Assembly (NCBI RefSeq): GCF_006345805.1
Contig: NC_042999.1
Location: 68,386,001 to 68,450,000, forward strand
Direction: 5' to 3'
Length of the DNA: 64,000 bases
Source of the DNA: Octopus sinensis
Lineage: Eukaryota
The notes beneath the pieces are model-generated. The model did no database searches. It was not told the origin of the DNA and saw nothing but the letters and a program-made list of their open reading frames with translations. Positions within the stretch are counted from its first letter, which is position 1, and each line of letters opens with the position of its first letter. The position numbers were made by a program, and so were the translations under genes. Below, one piece after another: positions 21,169 to 35,300 of the stretch.

Positions 21169-24100
21169 CAGTGGCGTGCGGTGACTTCCGGCGTTGGGCA
21201 TGCAATTAATTTCATTGCCCCCCCCCCCCCCGGCAATTTTTCAGTAAGACATTTTCGTATTCCTACGATTTACATATAAGAGATTCTGAATATGCAGAAT
21301 AAACAGGGAATAAAAAATGGCTGTGCAGAGATGATCCTGAAATAAGTGTATTGTTTGTATTATTCTTTGCTCTTCGAAACGTCAGTACTTTCCCATCCTC
21401 ATTCTCCCTTAGAAAAGTCTAAAAATCATAAGTGAAATGTAATAAAGATGAAATTGGATTCTGTCAATATTTTTGCATATTCAGAATCTCTGTTAAAGGT
21501 AGGAATCCGAAAAAAAATTTTCTCATAAATTCGTTTTTCAAAGGGGTGCGATTCTGCATTAGCCCCTATACCTATCGGTTGAGCTGGATGAAATGATTTA
21601 ATTAAAAGAACACATTTAGTTACATTATATGGCCATGGTTTTAGATCGTTACGCTCTCGAAGACAAGTCAGGTTCTTTATCATGCTACTTGTCAATTCCG
21701 GGAAAATTATTGACTGTTCTGAGACTTACTGAACTCCGTACATTAAAGGACTACGTCTCACGCACAAACATTGAAAATACACGCATATACATGAATACGC
21801 ACACAATGAAAGACAGCGAAAATTCAACATTGTAAAAAGCCTCCCAAAACTGTTGTGGCAGAAATCAACATCTCTGAGATTGAAACAAGACACTTATTGA
21901 AAGTGAAACAAAACACTTATTTACGGCCGTAAATAGACTACACCCAGCAACACAGAAAGGGAAATCTATGTAGGTTAGGTTTCACGAAGAAATCAAAACA
22001 TTTCTCCTGCGAAACAATACTGATGTAAGAAGGTCGAACCTTACGTTATAACAAACACTAAGCAAAACCTGTAATATATGCTCTTTAATATATTATTTTT
22101 TTTAATGTTTTAAATGTTACTTAGCTCATTTATAAATTAATTCAATTCTTCGATCTTTCTGGCAAATATATCTATCACATTTTCATAGAAATCTTCTCTT
22201 TTCATCAATTCTTGTAATAAATCTTTTTCAATTGACATTAGTGCTACCCAGACAGTCTTCTTTCTCCTGTCGCATTTCTTTGGTATGTTTTAATTCTACT
22301 TAATGCAGAAAGGATCGCTCTACAGAAGCAGTGGTAGACGGAATTGTCAAAATCAACTTGCACAGATTGAAGAGTTCTGGCATAGCTTCAACAAGATCAG
22401 TGCTGTTAATGTAACTCATTAAATGACTTACACTTGGTTTTTTAAAATCTTTCATTGAATACATCACATTGAGCTCACTTTGTAATCGTATTACATCAAA
22501 AAATCTGCCATAAGTTGTTCTTAAAGAATCTAAAGAGTCCACAGGAAATTGTTTGCAATACTCATCAACTTTGTTGAAATTCAAAAGTTCCATGAATTTA
22601 AACTCTTCTAAGGATGAATATCGTGCTTTTATTTGGTCAACTATTGTACTTATAATTTTGTTATAAAGCGTTCTATAATGTCGTTGGGGATCAATAGATA
22701 TATTCTTGGATCTCTGAATTCCGATTCCTGCATCGACTCCATATTTTTCCCCTAACCTATCATAAAAGACTGAAAAATGATCAAGTTTGTTTTCGAGTAC
22801 AGTTCTAGTTTTATCTATTTGCTGTTTACAATACACTATGTCATGACTTTTACTCTGGAGTATGTTAAATAAGACGTCAGTAAAAGAAAAAAATGTCACT
22901 GAATACCTCTAACAAAAATAAGAAATCAGGAGCTTTTAAAGTGTGTAAGAATCCAATTGCTGAATTTATGGTGGTATCATCCCATGCTTCAGGATTTTCA
23001 ATGATGTGTTCAAAAAGGCTGATTATGAAATTATAATTTTCCTTTGTGGTAATAATAAGACGTGAGGAGTAATTCCATCTAGTTGCTGTTGCTTTCGGAA
23101 ATCTTTTTTTAACAATATTATCTAATGCATTAGTCCTTTTCGGTGATTTCGTAAAAAATGTACCGAGTCCGTTTATTGTAGAAAAAAATATCTTGCATTC
23201 TTTCATAGCAGAGCATGATTGTGAAAGAACTAAATTTAGGATATGGGCACAACAATGAATAAAGATCGCACATTCATATTTCTTTCTTACTTTTGCCTGT
23301 AACCCATTTGTTGTCCTGCCCATTGTAGCGGCACCATCATATGTCTGCGCAATCAATTTGTTTCCACATTCCCACGTCTCAATGCATTTAAAAACATGTT
23401 CAGATAAAGCATTTGCAGATCGATCTTCACTAACATCACTAAACCGATAAATCGTTCTTTCGTCACACGTCTTCTGTAACATAACGTAAAACTGTTGACA
23501 GTTGTGAAGATGCTGAGACATCAGATGTCTCATCAACAAGAATAGAAACAAACTTAGCTTGGTCAATTTCCTTCTGCATCTCATTCAACATAACTTTATG
23601 AATTGCTTCGATCAAGTCATTTTGAATTCTGTTCGACAGACCAGTGAAGATAGAAGCTGTATCTAAATGACATTCCATATGTTTGTCATATTTACTGATC
23701 AAATAAACGAGTTCTTTATAATTTCCCCGATTATTAGAGCCTTCAGGTTCAAAATGACCCCGAAACGATGATTCCTGGAGGCCTAAAAAAATAACAACAT
23801 CGATCAATCGTTGCAGAATGGATATGTTTCGTCGAACTTTCTCATTATGCTGTTGTATGCTTTGATTTTTACGTGCATCTAATTGTAAGTCTATGCGAAC
23901 ATTCCCGAATATTTTAAGGTCTATCAAACATTTTATATGCCTTTGAGAACGCTCGTGCTTTAGCATAGCCATATGTAAATTTTTTAAATCATCATAGCCT
24001 TTATCATTCCAAACATTTTTTCTAAGCCAAAAAGTAAACACGGCCCAACAGAATAATTTATTAAGAGCAACACTTCCAGTTAACCATTTCTTCTTTTCAT

Positions 24101-24958
24101 ACGAATTAACCTGAAATGTCTCGTGAATTTCTTGTAGCTTCGCAAATTAGGTAAATTCGGTGTTGGTCTGCCAGATTTATAATTAATTTTTTTCCCATCG
24201 AAGTCCCTTTCAGAAAAACTAGTCTCAAAATATCGTTTATAGCACACACATTTCACTCATTTTGAAAAAGGCTGCTCTTATTTAAGACCCACGTGGAAGC
24301 GCCGGCGTAAATTTTAAGTCAATTTCAACAAAACGGAAAATACCCTTTGTTAAATTAATTTAAGATTAATTAGCTATTTCTGAAATAAGAAATATAATAT
24401 AGATATTTTTGCTTTCAAACTTTCTAAAAATATGATAGTGCAAACGGATGTTTTGGATAAAAAATTTCTTACTTACAAGCGAAGCTATTCCAACATTTCA
24501 AGCTGGCTAAAACAAGAATTATGGGACGGCTCTTGTTCCGGTCAAAATATCCAGAGAAGCGTGATATGCGATCTTAGAACAGCATACACGCCAAACTGAA
24601 TTTGTCCGAATCGTGTGAGAGAGAAAGGGGTGACCATTTCTCGTAGCATATCTTTTAAACAAAGCAAGAGGAAAAGGAAAACTATCAAAGACAGAGAGAA
24701 GGGAACTCATGCTGTCTTCTCAACGCATGACAAGCGATAAATTTATCGCGTCACTAAGATAGAGAGAGAGAGAGGGGGAAGGAAGGACAAACTAATACAG
24801 ACAGAGAGGGAGTGTTGTATCATGCGATCTTCTAAAAGCATTTATCAAAGCAGATGTACGAAGTGGAGACAATATTTCTAAAACAACTCGACGTATTTTC
24901 TTTCAAACAAAGAAGGCATGCAGCGCATACCTTGCATTGCTGAGAGTGCACGCCCCTG
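21169..24958 (-). mobile_element. Full-length hAT transposon (3790 bp)
   Basis: TIRs CAGTGGCGTGC / GCACGCCCCTG (1 mismatch); 8-bp flanks ATATATAT on both sides (21161-21168, 24959-24966). Confidence 0.9.
22126..24260 (-). pseudogene. Frameshifted hAT transposase (ZMYM1/DUF4371-like, TTF-type zinc finger, hATC dimerisation domain; Tip100-like)
   Basis: KLFCW..C..F..NVWNDKGY..HERSQRHIKC; FRGH; NRGNYKELV; LSNRIQNDLI; SILVDETSDVS; AQTYDGAATM; FIHCCAHILNLVL; TRW; LTIPSTTASVERSF; DRRIELIYK*. Split over at least 5 frames. Confidence 0.9.
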
Positions 24959-25312
24959 ATATATATATATATATATATATCCAAATTGAGGGAGTGGAAC
25001 AGGTAAAATCCACTCTACATATGCTCCTAGCTGGCAGATCGTCTGATGTAAGAATTACTGAACGAGGGGTACTCAACCACCTATTCATCAGTTTTTTTTT
25101 TTAATATACCAACTGTCAGAAACAGCAAGAGCAATAACCATTTGGGGCACAAAGCCACAATATTTTGTGATCGTGTGCGTATTTATTCGGGCTATATAAA
25201 CAATCTGGGTACCTCATTTTATGACGAGAACGACATTGAAATATTGTCGTGCGAGGTCGCTCTAAGAGACAAAATACGGACAATGTACTGAGGTCAATAT
25301 AACCGACTATAC

Positions 25313-25705
25313 TAAGGCGGCGAGTTGGCAGAGACGTTAGCACGTCGGGCGAAACGCTTGGCGGTATTCCGTCTGTCTTTATGTTCTGAGTTCAAATTCC
25401 ACCGAAGTCGACTTTGCCTTTCATCATTTCGGGGTCGATTAAATAAGTACCGGTTACGCACTGGGGTCGATATAATCGATTTAATCTGTTTGTCTGTCCT
25501 TGTTTGTCCTCTCTGTGTTTAGCCCCTTGTGGGCAGTAAAGAAATAGGTATTCCATCTGTCTTTACGTTCTGAGTTCAAATTCCACCGAAGTCGACTTTG
25601 ACACTAATCCTTTCGGGGTCGATAAACTAAGTGCCAGTAGCGTACTAGAGTCCATCTAATCGTCTGGCCCCCTCCTCACAAATTTCGGGCCTTGTGCCTA
25701 AAGTA
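25313..25705 (+). mobile_element. Two tandem SINE S2 copies (second is 5'-truncated)
   Basis: Repeated TGTCTTTA.GTTCTGAGTTCAAATTCCACCGAAGTCGACTTTG. Confidence 0.8.
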
Positions 25706-25893
25706 GAAAATAATATAATAGACTATAGATACACACACGCGCCTGTAAGCACATAAATGCTAAAAACAAGATGGTAAAAATAGTACTCGAACACCAAAGA
25801 TAGAGTAATATGCTATTTTTCAAAGCCGAAATAAATGTCTTCACATAGAGTTTCGCGTTACCGTTCGTCGGACAGTTGTGATTATATATCAAG

Positions 25894-26032
25894 TTAAAAC
25901 TTCTGGCCGGTCATAGAGCAACCATTGGTTTTTCACCTATAAAACGCTTAGCAATATAGGGGTCACCTATACTGTTAAGCGCTTCATAGGTGCGAATCCA
26001 GTTGGCACTCTAAGACCGGCTAGAACTTTTAA
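25894..26032. mobile_element. Palindromic MITE-like element
   Basis: Outer IR TTAAAACTTCTGGCCGGTCATAGAG / CTCTAAGACCGGCTAGAACTTTTAA; inner IR CACCTAT..CGCTTA..TATAGG / CCTATA..TAAGCG..ATAGGTG. Confidence 0.6.
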
Positions 26033-26159
26033 TTTCTTAAACAATACATTACTGCTCTAACGCTTTAAAATGGGCTTCTTTTTCGGATATATGAAGTAAA
26101 GTACTTGAATATATATATATAATATATATATATAATATATATATATATATTATACATAA

Positions 26160-26425
26160 AGATCTCCTTCGGTCATGATTGACAATAATTTTGCACTAAG
26201 AAAGTTCCCCTCCGGGGCGCAAGTCCGAGCGAGGTTGTTTATGGAAAAGCAGCAGTCGCCCATGCATTCCGGTCTCCCCTCTCCATGTCACTGATGTTAT
26301 CCAAGAGAAAAGCAAAGGCCGATACACCTTTGCATCAATGACGTCGCAACTCATTTCCACAGCAACGTGAATAAAGTGTTTTGCTTAAGAACACAACACA
26401 AATCACTTTGAACCGAACCCTTAAC
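26160..26425 (-). mobile_element. SINE S3, degenerate
   Basis: Reverse complement of the tail seen at 41750-41930 (GGGCGACTGCTG..CCATAAACAACCT.GC.CGGACTTG.GCC). Confidence 0.65.
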
Positions 26426-26428
26426 TCA

Positions 26429-26511
<83 letters not shown>

Positions 26512-27509
26512 AGCACATGGATCATAATCCTCCAAATAAGTTTTTCCAAGGAATATTATTGAACTCTAAAAGCATAAAGAATCTACAATGTATTGGTATA
26601 CTTATTTATTATTTTTTGTATATATCTATTATTATTTTTTGAAAAAAACATTGTAAATTTCTTTTTTCTCCTTCCTCAATTTTAAGAAAATTTCTTTTCC
26701 ACCTTCCAAATCTTGAAAATTTGCTTTGCAATGAGAACCGGTTTGATCTATTTTTTCTTTTTTGATTTTCCATACACCCATTTTTATTAAAATTTACTTT
26801 CAATTTAGCATTCTGCCTTATTATAATTTTTCCTCTCCTACATATATATATATATATAGATATAAAACCCCTTCTTAAAGATGGTCTCAGCGATGCCGGA
26901 GTCCAACGGCTGAAATGTATAAAGTAATAACTAATTATAAAATCACAAAACAAAAGCAACAACAAACGACAGACAGACAAACAAATAGACAGACTAACAG
27001 ACAAACAAACAATCAAATAAACAACGAGTTGTGCCGAGTTGTACCGTTTGACACAGAACCAAGCATGCGTAAATAATCTGGCACCGTCCTGTCCTCCGTT
27101 AGATCATATATACATACACGTATGGCGTCAGTGGGTCTTTCACACCATTTCGTTAGATTCATATTTGTTCCACTTTTCTCCTTCTTTTCCTCATTCTCTC
27201 CCCATCTCCCTGTCATACATACTCATGCATGCGTGTGTGTTCGCACTCGTACATACGCATATAACATTTGGCCAAGATTCACAACTCTATTTTCGTCTCT
27301 TATGTCTCATGTCATATACACATCACTATGAGCGTGCAGGTATTGAGTGTATGCCTGCAGGTATTGAGGGTATACATGTACAACATTACTCATGTATGTG
27401 TATGGCTTCAGTCCCACTGTGTGGCACCTTGAGAAAGTGTCATCTAAAATAGCCGCGGGCTGACCAAAGACTTCTGAATGGATTTAGTAGACGGAAACTG
27501 AAAAAAGCT

Positions 27510-28543
27510 CATCATATATATATATATACATAGATACATACATACATATATACATACATATATATATATATACATACATATATACATACATACATATATA
27601 CATACATTTATATATACATGCATATATATATACATATATATATACATGCATATATATATACATATATATATACATACATACATACATGCATATATATATA
27701 CATATATATATACATACATACATACATACATACATATACATACATACATACATATATATATACATACATACATATACATATATATACATATATACATATA
27801 TATATATACATATATATATATACATACATATATATATACATACATATAATATATATACCTACATATGATAGAACATCCATATATATATATATACATACAT
27901 ATATATATATATATACATACATATATATATATATACATACGATATATATATATATACATACATATATATATATACATACATATATATATATATATACATA
28001 CATATATATATTATACATACATACATATATATTACATACATACATATATATTACATACATACATATATATACATACATCATCTTATATACATACATATAT
28101 ATATACATAAAAAACAAAAAAAATATATATATATACATAATACATATATATATATATACATACATATATATTATATATACATACATACATATATATATAC
28201 ATACATACATATATATACATACATACATATAGATACAATACATATATATATACTACATACATATATATATACATACAGACATATATATACATACATACAT
28301 ATATATACATACATACATATATATAGACATACATACATATAGATATACATACATACATATATATATACAGACATACAAGATATATATATACATACATACA
28401 TATATATATACATACATATATACAAACATATATACAAACATATATATATACAAACATATATATACATACATACATATATATATATACATACATATATACA
28501 AACATATATATATATATACATACATATATACATACATACATAT

Positions 28544-28574
<31 letters not shown>

Positions 28575-28620
28575 CATACATACAGATATACATACATACA
28601 TATACACACACACACATAAA
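27510..28620. repeat. Compound (TA)n/(TACA)n satellite
   Basis: Direct reading of the sequence. Confidence 0.95.
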
Positions 28621-28626
28621 TATATA

Positions 28627-29067
28627 CTAGCAGTATCGCCCGGCGTTGTGGTTTGTTTAGACCCTTTAGAATTGGAATTTTTGAAAAGTAAAAAATTTGG
28701 CAGTAAGTAACTTGTTATTCTCTTTAAGTGAAATACGCCGAAAAATGGCGACATAGCAGTCAAAACATCGTAAAAAATAGGGATTTTCATAGAAAAAGGG
28801 CTCCTTTTTGATGTAAATAATTTTTAGTGTTAACATGGTCCGATTGAATTTTTTCTCTACGGTAGAAAGTTAGCTTTCTATCATACTCTCATATATATAT
28901 ATATATATATATAATATTATATAATATATATATATATATATAAATATATATATATAGATATATATATATATATACATATATATAAATACATACATACAAT
29001 ATAAATACATACTACATATAATAACATACATACATATAAATACATACATACAAATACATACATACAA

Positions 29068-29110
<43 letters not shown>

Positions 29111-30313
29111 CATACATATATATATACACATACATACATATATATATATACATACATATATATATACACATACATATATATATATATACATAATATATAT
29201 ATATACATACATACATATATATATACATACATATATATATATACATACATACATACATATATATATACATACATATATACATACATACATATATACATAC
29301 ATACATATATACATATATATATACATACATACATGATGATATATATATATATATATATATATTTAAAAAAGGAGATGTGGAACACGAGTTGTAATATATA
29401 AAAAAAAGGAAAAGAAGAAAATGCTTACAAAATAATTTAAGTAAGGGAGAGCGTATTTAATTAGGTGAAAGTTCTTTTTACCGGTTGCGCATTTGTTATG
29501 CTTATCAAAAGATAGAGTTCCTTTCTGATTGATTTTTTTCTCTTATCTGACGTGAAAAAAGAGGCTCCAGAGTTGTTTAAGATTTGCTTGGTTTCGCGCC
29601 TAAAATTTCTTGTGTCTACAAGAAATTTTAGTATGTATGTATCTATATATATGTATATGTATGTATTTATATATATGTATATGTATGTGGTGTCAACAAG
29701 AAATTTTTCTTCATTTCCTTTATATATATATATATTATATAATAATATATATATAAATATATAATAATACATACATACATATATGATGATATATATATAT
29801 ATAATACATACATACATGATGATATATATATATATATATATACATACATACATATATGATGATATATATAGATATATACATCCATACATGATGATGATAT
29901 ATATATATAATATATATACAACATACATATATGATGATATATATATATATATATATATACATACATACATATATGATGATATTATATATATATATATACA
30001 TAATTCATATATGATGATGCTATATTATAATATATAATAGTATATACTACATACATATATGAGCGATAATATATATATATATATATATATATAATAATAT
30101 ACATACATATATATGATATATATCGATATATTATATATATAATATATATACATACTATATGATGATATATAGATATATATATTATATAAGCATATATATA
30201 TATATACATATATGAAGGATATATATATATATATATATCTATATATAAGATATATAATATACATGATGATATATAATATTATATATATATATATTATATA
30301 CATATATATGATG

Positions 30314-30344
<31 letters not shown>

Positions 30345-30885
30345 TGATGATATATATATAATATATATATATACATATATGATGATATATATATTATATG
30401 ATATATATATAGACATACATACATATATGATGATAATCTATATATATATATATATATATTATATTATATATTATATATATATATTAATACGAAAAAACCC
30501 TCCAGGCAACATCCCGAAAATTCATTTCTTTGCCGAATTTCTACAATGTTTACGGAGATTCGTTTTTATATCTTGATTTTTTATTTTTCATGCAATTTAC
30601 GCATGCTTGCACGCGTGGTGAACACTGTTCACGTCAAACAGCTGACTGAGTAAAGTTCAGTATTCAATGCATGGGATAAGGCCTAAACAAACACATTATC
30701 GATTTTTGCACTTGCGAGATGAATTTCGGAACAGAAATAGCGCAGTTCAATTTTCATTCGCCTAAACTGTAAGTGACCTACTTTTGGTGGTTCTACGATT
30801 TGTTGGCTAGGAGGAAATGTGCCGGGAAGTTAAACACACACACAGATACACACACAGACACACAAGTTGAGTTTTATATATATAT
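28627..30885 (-). mobile_element. Helitron family C, inflated by internal microsatellites
   Basis: 3' end A|CTAGCAGTATCGCCCGGCGTTG at 28627. A co-oriented Helitron-type 5' end (reverse complement ATATATAAAACTCAACTTGTGTGTCTG) lies at about 30885. Continuity between the ends is inferred. Confidence 0.5.
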
Positions 30886-31589
30886 TGTGTATATATATTA
30901 TATATAAATTATATATATTATATATAAATTATATATATTATATATTTTATATACATATATATATTATACATGCATACATACAAATATATACATATAGCTA
31001 GTATATATATATGTATATATATATATATATGTTATATGTAACCATTCGACTTGCTTATGCACGCTTACGTTAAAAAACCATTTTAGAATGACTTTTTCTG
31101 TCAAAACGCTAAAAATAACTGGCCCTCCCCTCAAAAAACAACCAAGATTCAACCAAATGAAAAAATAAAACCAAATACTAAGCGAACAAAGATGAACCAT
31201 CCCACTTCCATTGCGCGCGCGCACACACACACTGACACACACATTCACATACCCCACCTTTTGTATATACACATATATTCACACAGAGTTGAAACGCTAT
31301 TTGATTTATTTTTTCAGCGTACAATTTTCATCATCCCACTACCAAGTATGACATCAACCTTTCCTTTGTCATTCATAATCACAAGATTATTGTTATAGTA
31401 GATTATCTCGGTAACCATGGGAGCTATGAAAAAATACAAAGCCCAGCATCACAACCGGATCTGTGTACATCTGTGTAATACATTATATATATATGTCTTT
31501 CTGGCCTGGCTTCCTTGAAGTGTAGACGGCATTTTCTGTTGCTCCATCGCCGTTCTCAAAAATAGCGTTCGTAATACTTTATCTCGTTC

Positions 31590-31970
31590 GGCTTAACAGC
31601 TCTTCTTGTCTTGTTATTCTCCTTGTCCTGTCTTTTACTGTTTATATTTTGTACTGTCGTTACTGTCCTGTTTTTGTTACCATTTTTACCCCTCCGCAAA
31701 AAGATCTCAAATTTTATTTAATTTGCTTTTCGCGGGAAGGAAAGTTTCTATCGAAGATGCGTATCGCCTTCACCTTCGAACGCAGAGTAGATGAAACCAT
31801 GGCGTCTGAAAAAGGGGAATTTTCCTTGTGTTATTTGTCCTGTACACTATTTTTTCGTTGTTTAAGAAAAATGTCCAGTTCCTTGGTTTTATGTTTATGT
31901 TTTCGTTTCTCATTGTGCTCGACGTTTCTTTGGTGTCCTGTACCCATATATGCATGTATATATACATGTA
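31590..31970 (-). repeat. Dispersed repeat family, copy 2 (see 815-1230)
   Basis: Reverse-complement similarity to 815-1230. Confidence 0.7.
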
Positions 31971-32025
31971 GAGGTAGGTACGTACATATATGTATGTATA
32001 TATGCATATGTTTTATTTATTAATT

Positions 32026-32070
<45 letters not shown>

Positions 32071-32282
32071 GCGCGCGCGTGTGTTTTTATCCACCACCGC
32101 TTGACAACCGGTGCTGGTGTGTTTACGTCCACGTAACTTAGCAGTTCGGTCAAAGTCACTGGAGTCGATTCATTCAACTCGAAGTCTTTCAAAGCGGTGC
32201 TGCAGTCTAATAACTGAAAAAAGTAAAAGATAAAAAGGTATATATGTAGATATATGTATGTGTGTGTGTGTGTATGTATACA

Positions 32283-32512
32283 TAAGGCGACGTGCTGGCA
32301 GAAACGTTAGCGCCCGGGCGAAATGCTTAGCGGCATTTCATCTGTCGTTACGTTCTGAGTTCAAATTCCGCCGAGGTCGACTTTACCTTTCATCCTTTCG
32401 GGGTCGATAAATAAAGTACCAGTTTCGCACTGGGGTCGATGTAATCGACTTAATCCCTTTGTCTGTCCTTGTTTGTCTCCTTTATGATTATCCCCTTGTG
32501 GGTAATAAAGAA
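32283..32512 (+). mobile_element. SINE S2, full length
   Basis: S2 head, Nin/Deu-like domain, TAATAAAGAAATA tail. Confidence 0.8.
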
Positions 32513-32580
32513 ATATATATATATATATATATTTTTTTTCTTCTTCCGTCTTCCCTTCTTTGGATCTTTCCTTTTCCTAT

Positions 32581-32615
32581 GCTTCTGACGAAGAGCTCCG
32601 TTCGAAACGTTAAAC
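32581..32615 (+). ncRNA. Minimal hammerhead with canonical core (relative of family 5)
   Basis: GCTT-CTGACGA-A-GAGC TCC GTTC-GAAA-CGT-T-AAAC. Confidence 0.55.
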
Positions 32616-32705
32616 CCTCCTTCTTTCCTGAGCGTCCAATAATACTATACTTGTTCCACGTCCTCGTGTTGTTGTGTTTTCTCTTTGTGTTTTCATGTTT
32701 GGATT

Positions 32706-32755
<50 letters not shown>

Positions 32756-33484
32756 ATGCATGTATGAATATATACATGCATTTAAACATTTTTACATGCA
32801 TACATACGTAATACACCTCCCCATACTTACAGGCAGACGTTCAGACATTCTAAAACATCTGTATTATCTATTTATTTTATTTTATTTATTTACAGGTTGT
32901 TGATGGTTGTTGTTGTTGTAGTAGTAGTAGTAGCAGCAGCTACCGGTTGTTATTGTCAGTCGTTGTTGCTGCTGTTGTTCGTGTTATTGTTTCATTATTT
33001 GATGACTGAACGCTTATTAAAACTTGCTCTACCCACCAAGACATCTTGATTTATTTAGGTTAGCGTTTGACAGCAATTAGCCTTTTCATTACGAGCATTG
33101 ATCCGAACGAGACGAACCGACCGTGATCAAGATGGAGACGCCGACGGTGACAGCGACAACGACGACGACTACGAAGATGATGATGATGATGGTTCATGGT
33201 TGTTCACCTTCTCTCTACCTCTTCATTAGCACTATCATCATCGCCATCATCATTGCTATCAAATAGCAGCAGCAGCAGCAGTATCAACAAGACCAACAGC
33301 ACTAATATATCAAATAAATAACGATATATAATTAATACGCACAATAGTAATACAAATAGTACCAATAATTTTAGTTGCCATGGTATCGTTAATTTCACTT
33401 TTCTGATAAAGAAAACAAAATTATTGATTTCTTTGTCGTCATCGCCACTGTTATTACCATTATTATTATTGAGTGAGAGAGCAG

Positions 33485-34166
33485 CGCATGCCATCAAAGT
33501 GACACTGGGGTAGAAATATACGAAACCTAATATACCTATCATGACTACCCGTCTGATAAGGGTACATATGGCACATGCATCACAGCTGTATGTGTGCGAC
33601 ATGGTGATCTCATATCAAGATAAACAGCGGGCCCAGTTAGAATTATCGTCAGGTCGAGTCGCCCATCTCGCTCAAAAGGTCTTTGAATAAGGATTATTTA
33701 AGGAAGATGAACAAAACACCCATGTTTCCAGAGGTGAATTATCCAAACTCCAAAGAATTCCCTCTTCAGGGTTTGGATAATTCCTCTCAACACATGGCTC
33801 TGATGCTCCCCCACTACTTCTGCTCGCGATCAGAGATGCACATATCGTCAGCCACTAAAGAAGATGAACAAAACACCCATGTTTCTAGAAGTGAGTTATT
33901 CAAACCCCAAAGTATTCCTCTCTACACATGGCTATGATGCTCCCATACACACTTTTGCTCGTAATCAGAGATGCACATATCGTCAGCCACTAAGGGACAT
34001 ACTCAACTGGTTAAGGTCAAGCAAATGACAAGCAAATCTATGGTATTGAGCAGAATATTTACTGTAGGCCATCTTTTATATCAAGACAAAACAATGTACA
34101 TGATAACACTTCCAATAAGTTAAGATCAGCAGCCATGAGAGCCACTGCTTGGTACTGCATCAGGGC

Positions 34167-34205
<39 letters not shown>
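33485..34205 (+). repeat. Retroposon 3'-like repeat with internal tandem duplication and (TTA)n tail
   Basis: 33701-33858 duplicated at 33859-33993 (GAAGATGAACAAAACACCCATGTTTC...CATATCGTCAGCCACTAA); ends in (TTA)n. Confidence 0.5.
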
Positions 34206-34209
<4 letters not shown>

Positions 34210-34317
34210 TAGAATTCTTAGTTGTAACCTATATTGTATCTGAGTGTTAGGAATGCCCCTCTCCCGAAATTGCTGGCTTTGAGCCAAAATATAAAATTAT
34301 TATTATTATTATTTTTA

Positions 34318-35066
34318 TTGGCGAGCTGGCAGAACCATTAGTACGCCGAACAAAATGCTGGGTAGCATTTCGTCCGCCTTTGCGTTCTGACTTCAAATTC
34401 CGCCGAAGTTGACTTTGTCTTTCATCCTTTCGGAGTCGATAAAATAAGTACCAGTTACGCAGTGAGGATCGATGTAATAAATTAGTGTCCTCCCTCCAAA
34501 TTTCAGGCCTTGTGCCCTTAGTAGAAAGGATCATTATTATTGTTATTATTATTATTATTATTATCATTATTATCATCCTCATCATTATTATTGACGAGCT
34601 GGAAGACTTTCTAGCGCGCCGAACAAAATGCTTAGCAGCATTTCATCCGTCTTTACGTTCTGACTCTACACCGAGGTTGACTTAGCCGTTTATCCTTTCG
34701 GAGTCGATAAAATAAGTACCAGTTGAGTACTGGGATCGATGTAATCGGCTATCCCCACCCCACAAATTTCAGGCCTTGTACCTTTAGAAGAAAGAATTAT
34801 TATTAATATTATCATTATCATTATTATTGTCATCGTTATCATCATCATTGTTATTGTCATCATCATTATTATCATCATCATCATTATTATTGTCATCATC
34901 ATTATTATCATCATCATTATCATCATCATTATCATCATTATCATAATCATTATTATTTTCATTATTATTATTATTATTATTATTATTAATTTTAATTGCG
35001 AGCTGGCAGAATCGTTTGCATGCTGAACAAAAATGCTTAGCAGCTTTTCGTCTGTCTTTATGTTCT
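34318..35066 (+). mobile_element. Cluster of SINE S2 copies interleaved with (TTA/TCA)n tracts
   Basis: S2 heads at about 34318, 34593 and 34997. Confidence 0.7.
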
Positions 35067-35300
35067 GATAACGTCCAGGTTTCTGAGCCATATAGTAGAA
35101 TTAGGAAAAGGGGTCCAGTATGTCTGACTGTTACTCTGCCTCCTGGACGACTAACGTCTGAGCATCGGAATGTTCAATATGGTCCGCATCTAGGTGGAGG
35201 CAAAGTAGACATCAGAAGTCATAGGTTTTGGGGATCACATCCAATCGTTCGAGCTCCTACCTGTTAGCTAAGAGTCTGTCGAACCAATTCTACTAAACGA

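Noticed and set aside
26609-27016. 135-aa minus-strand ORF, and the 63-aa ORF at 47624-47815
   Set aside because: Compositionally biased; no recognisable family. Might be decayed LINE sequence but unsupported.
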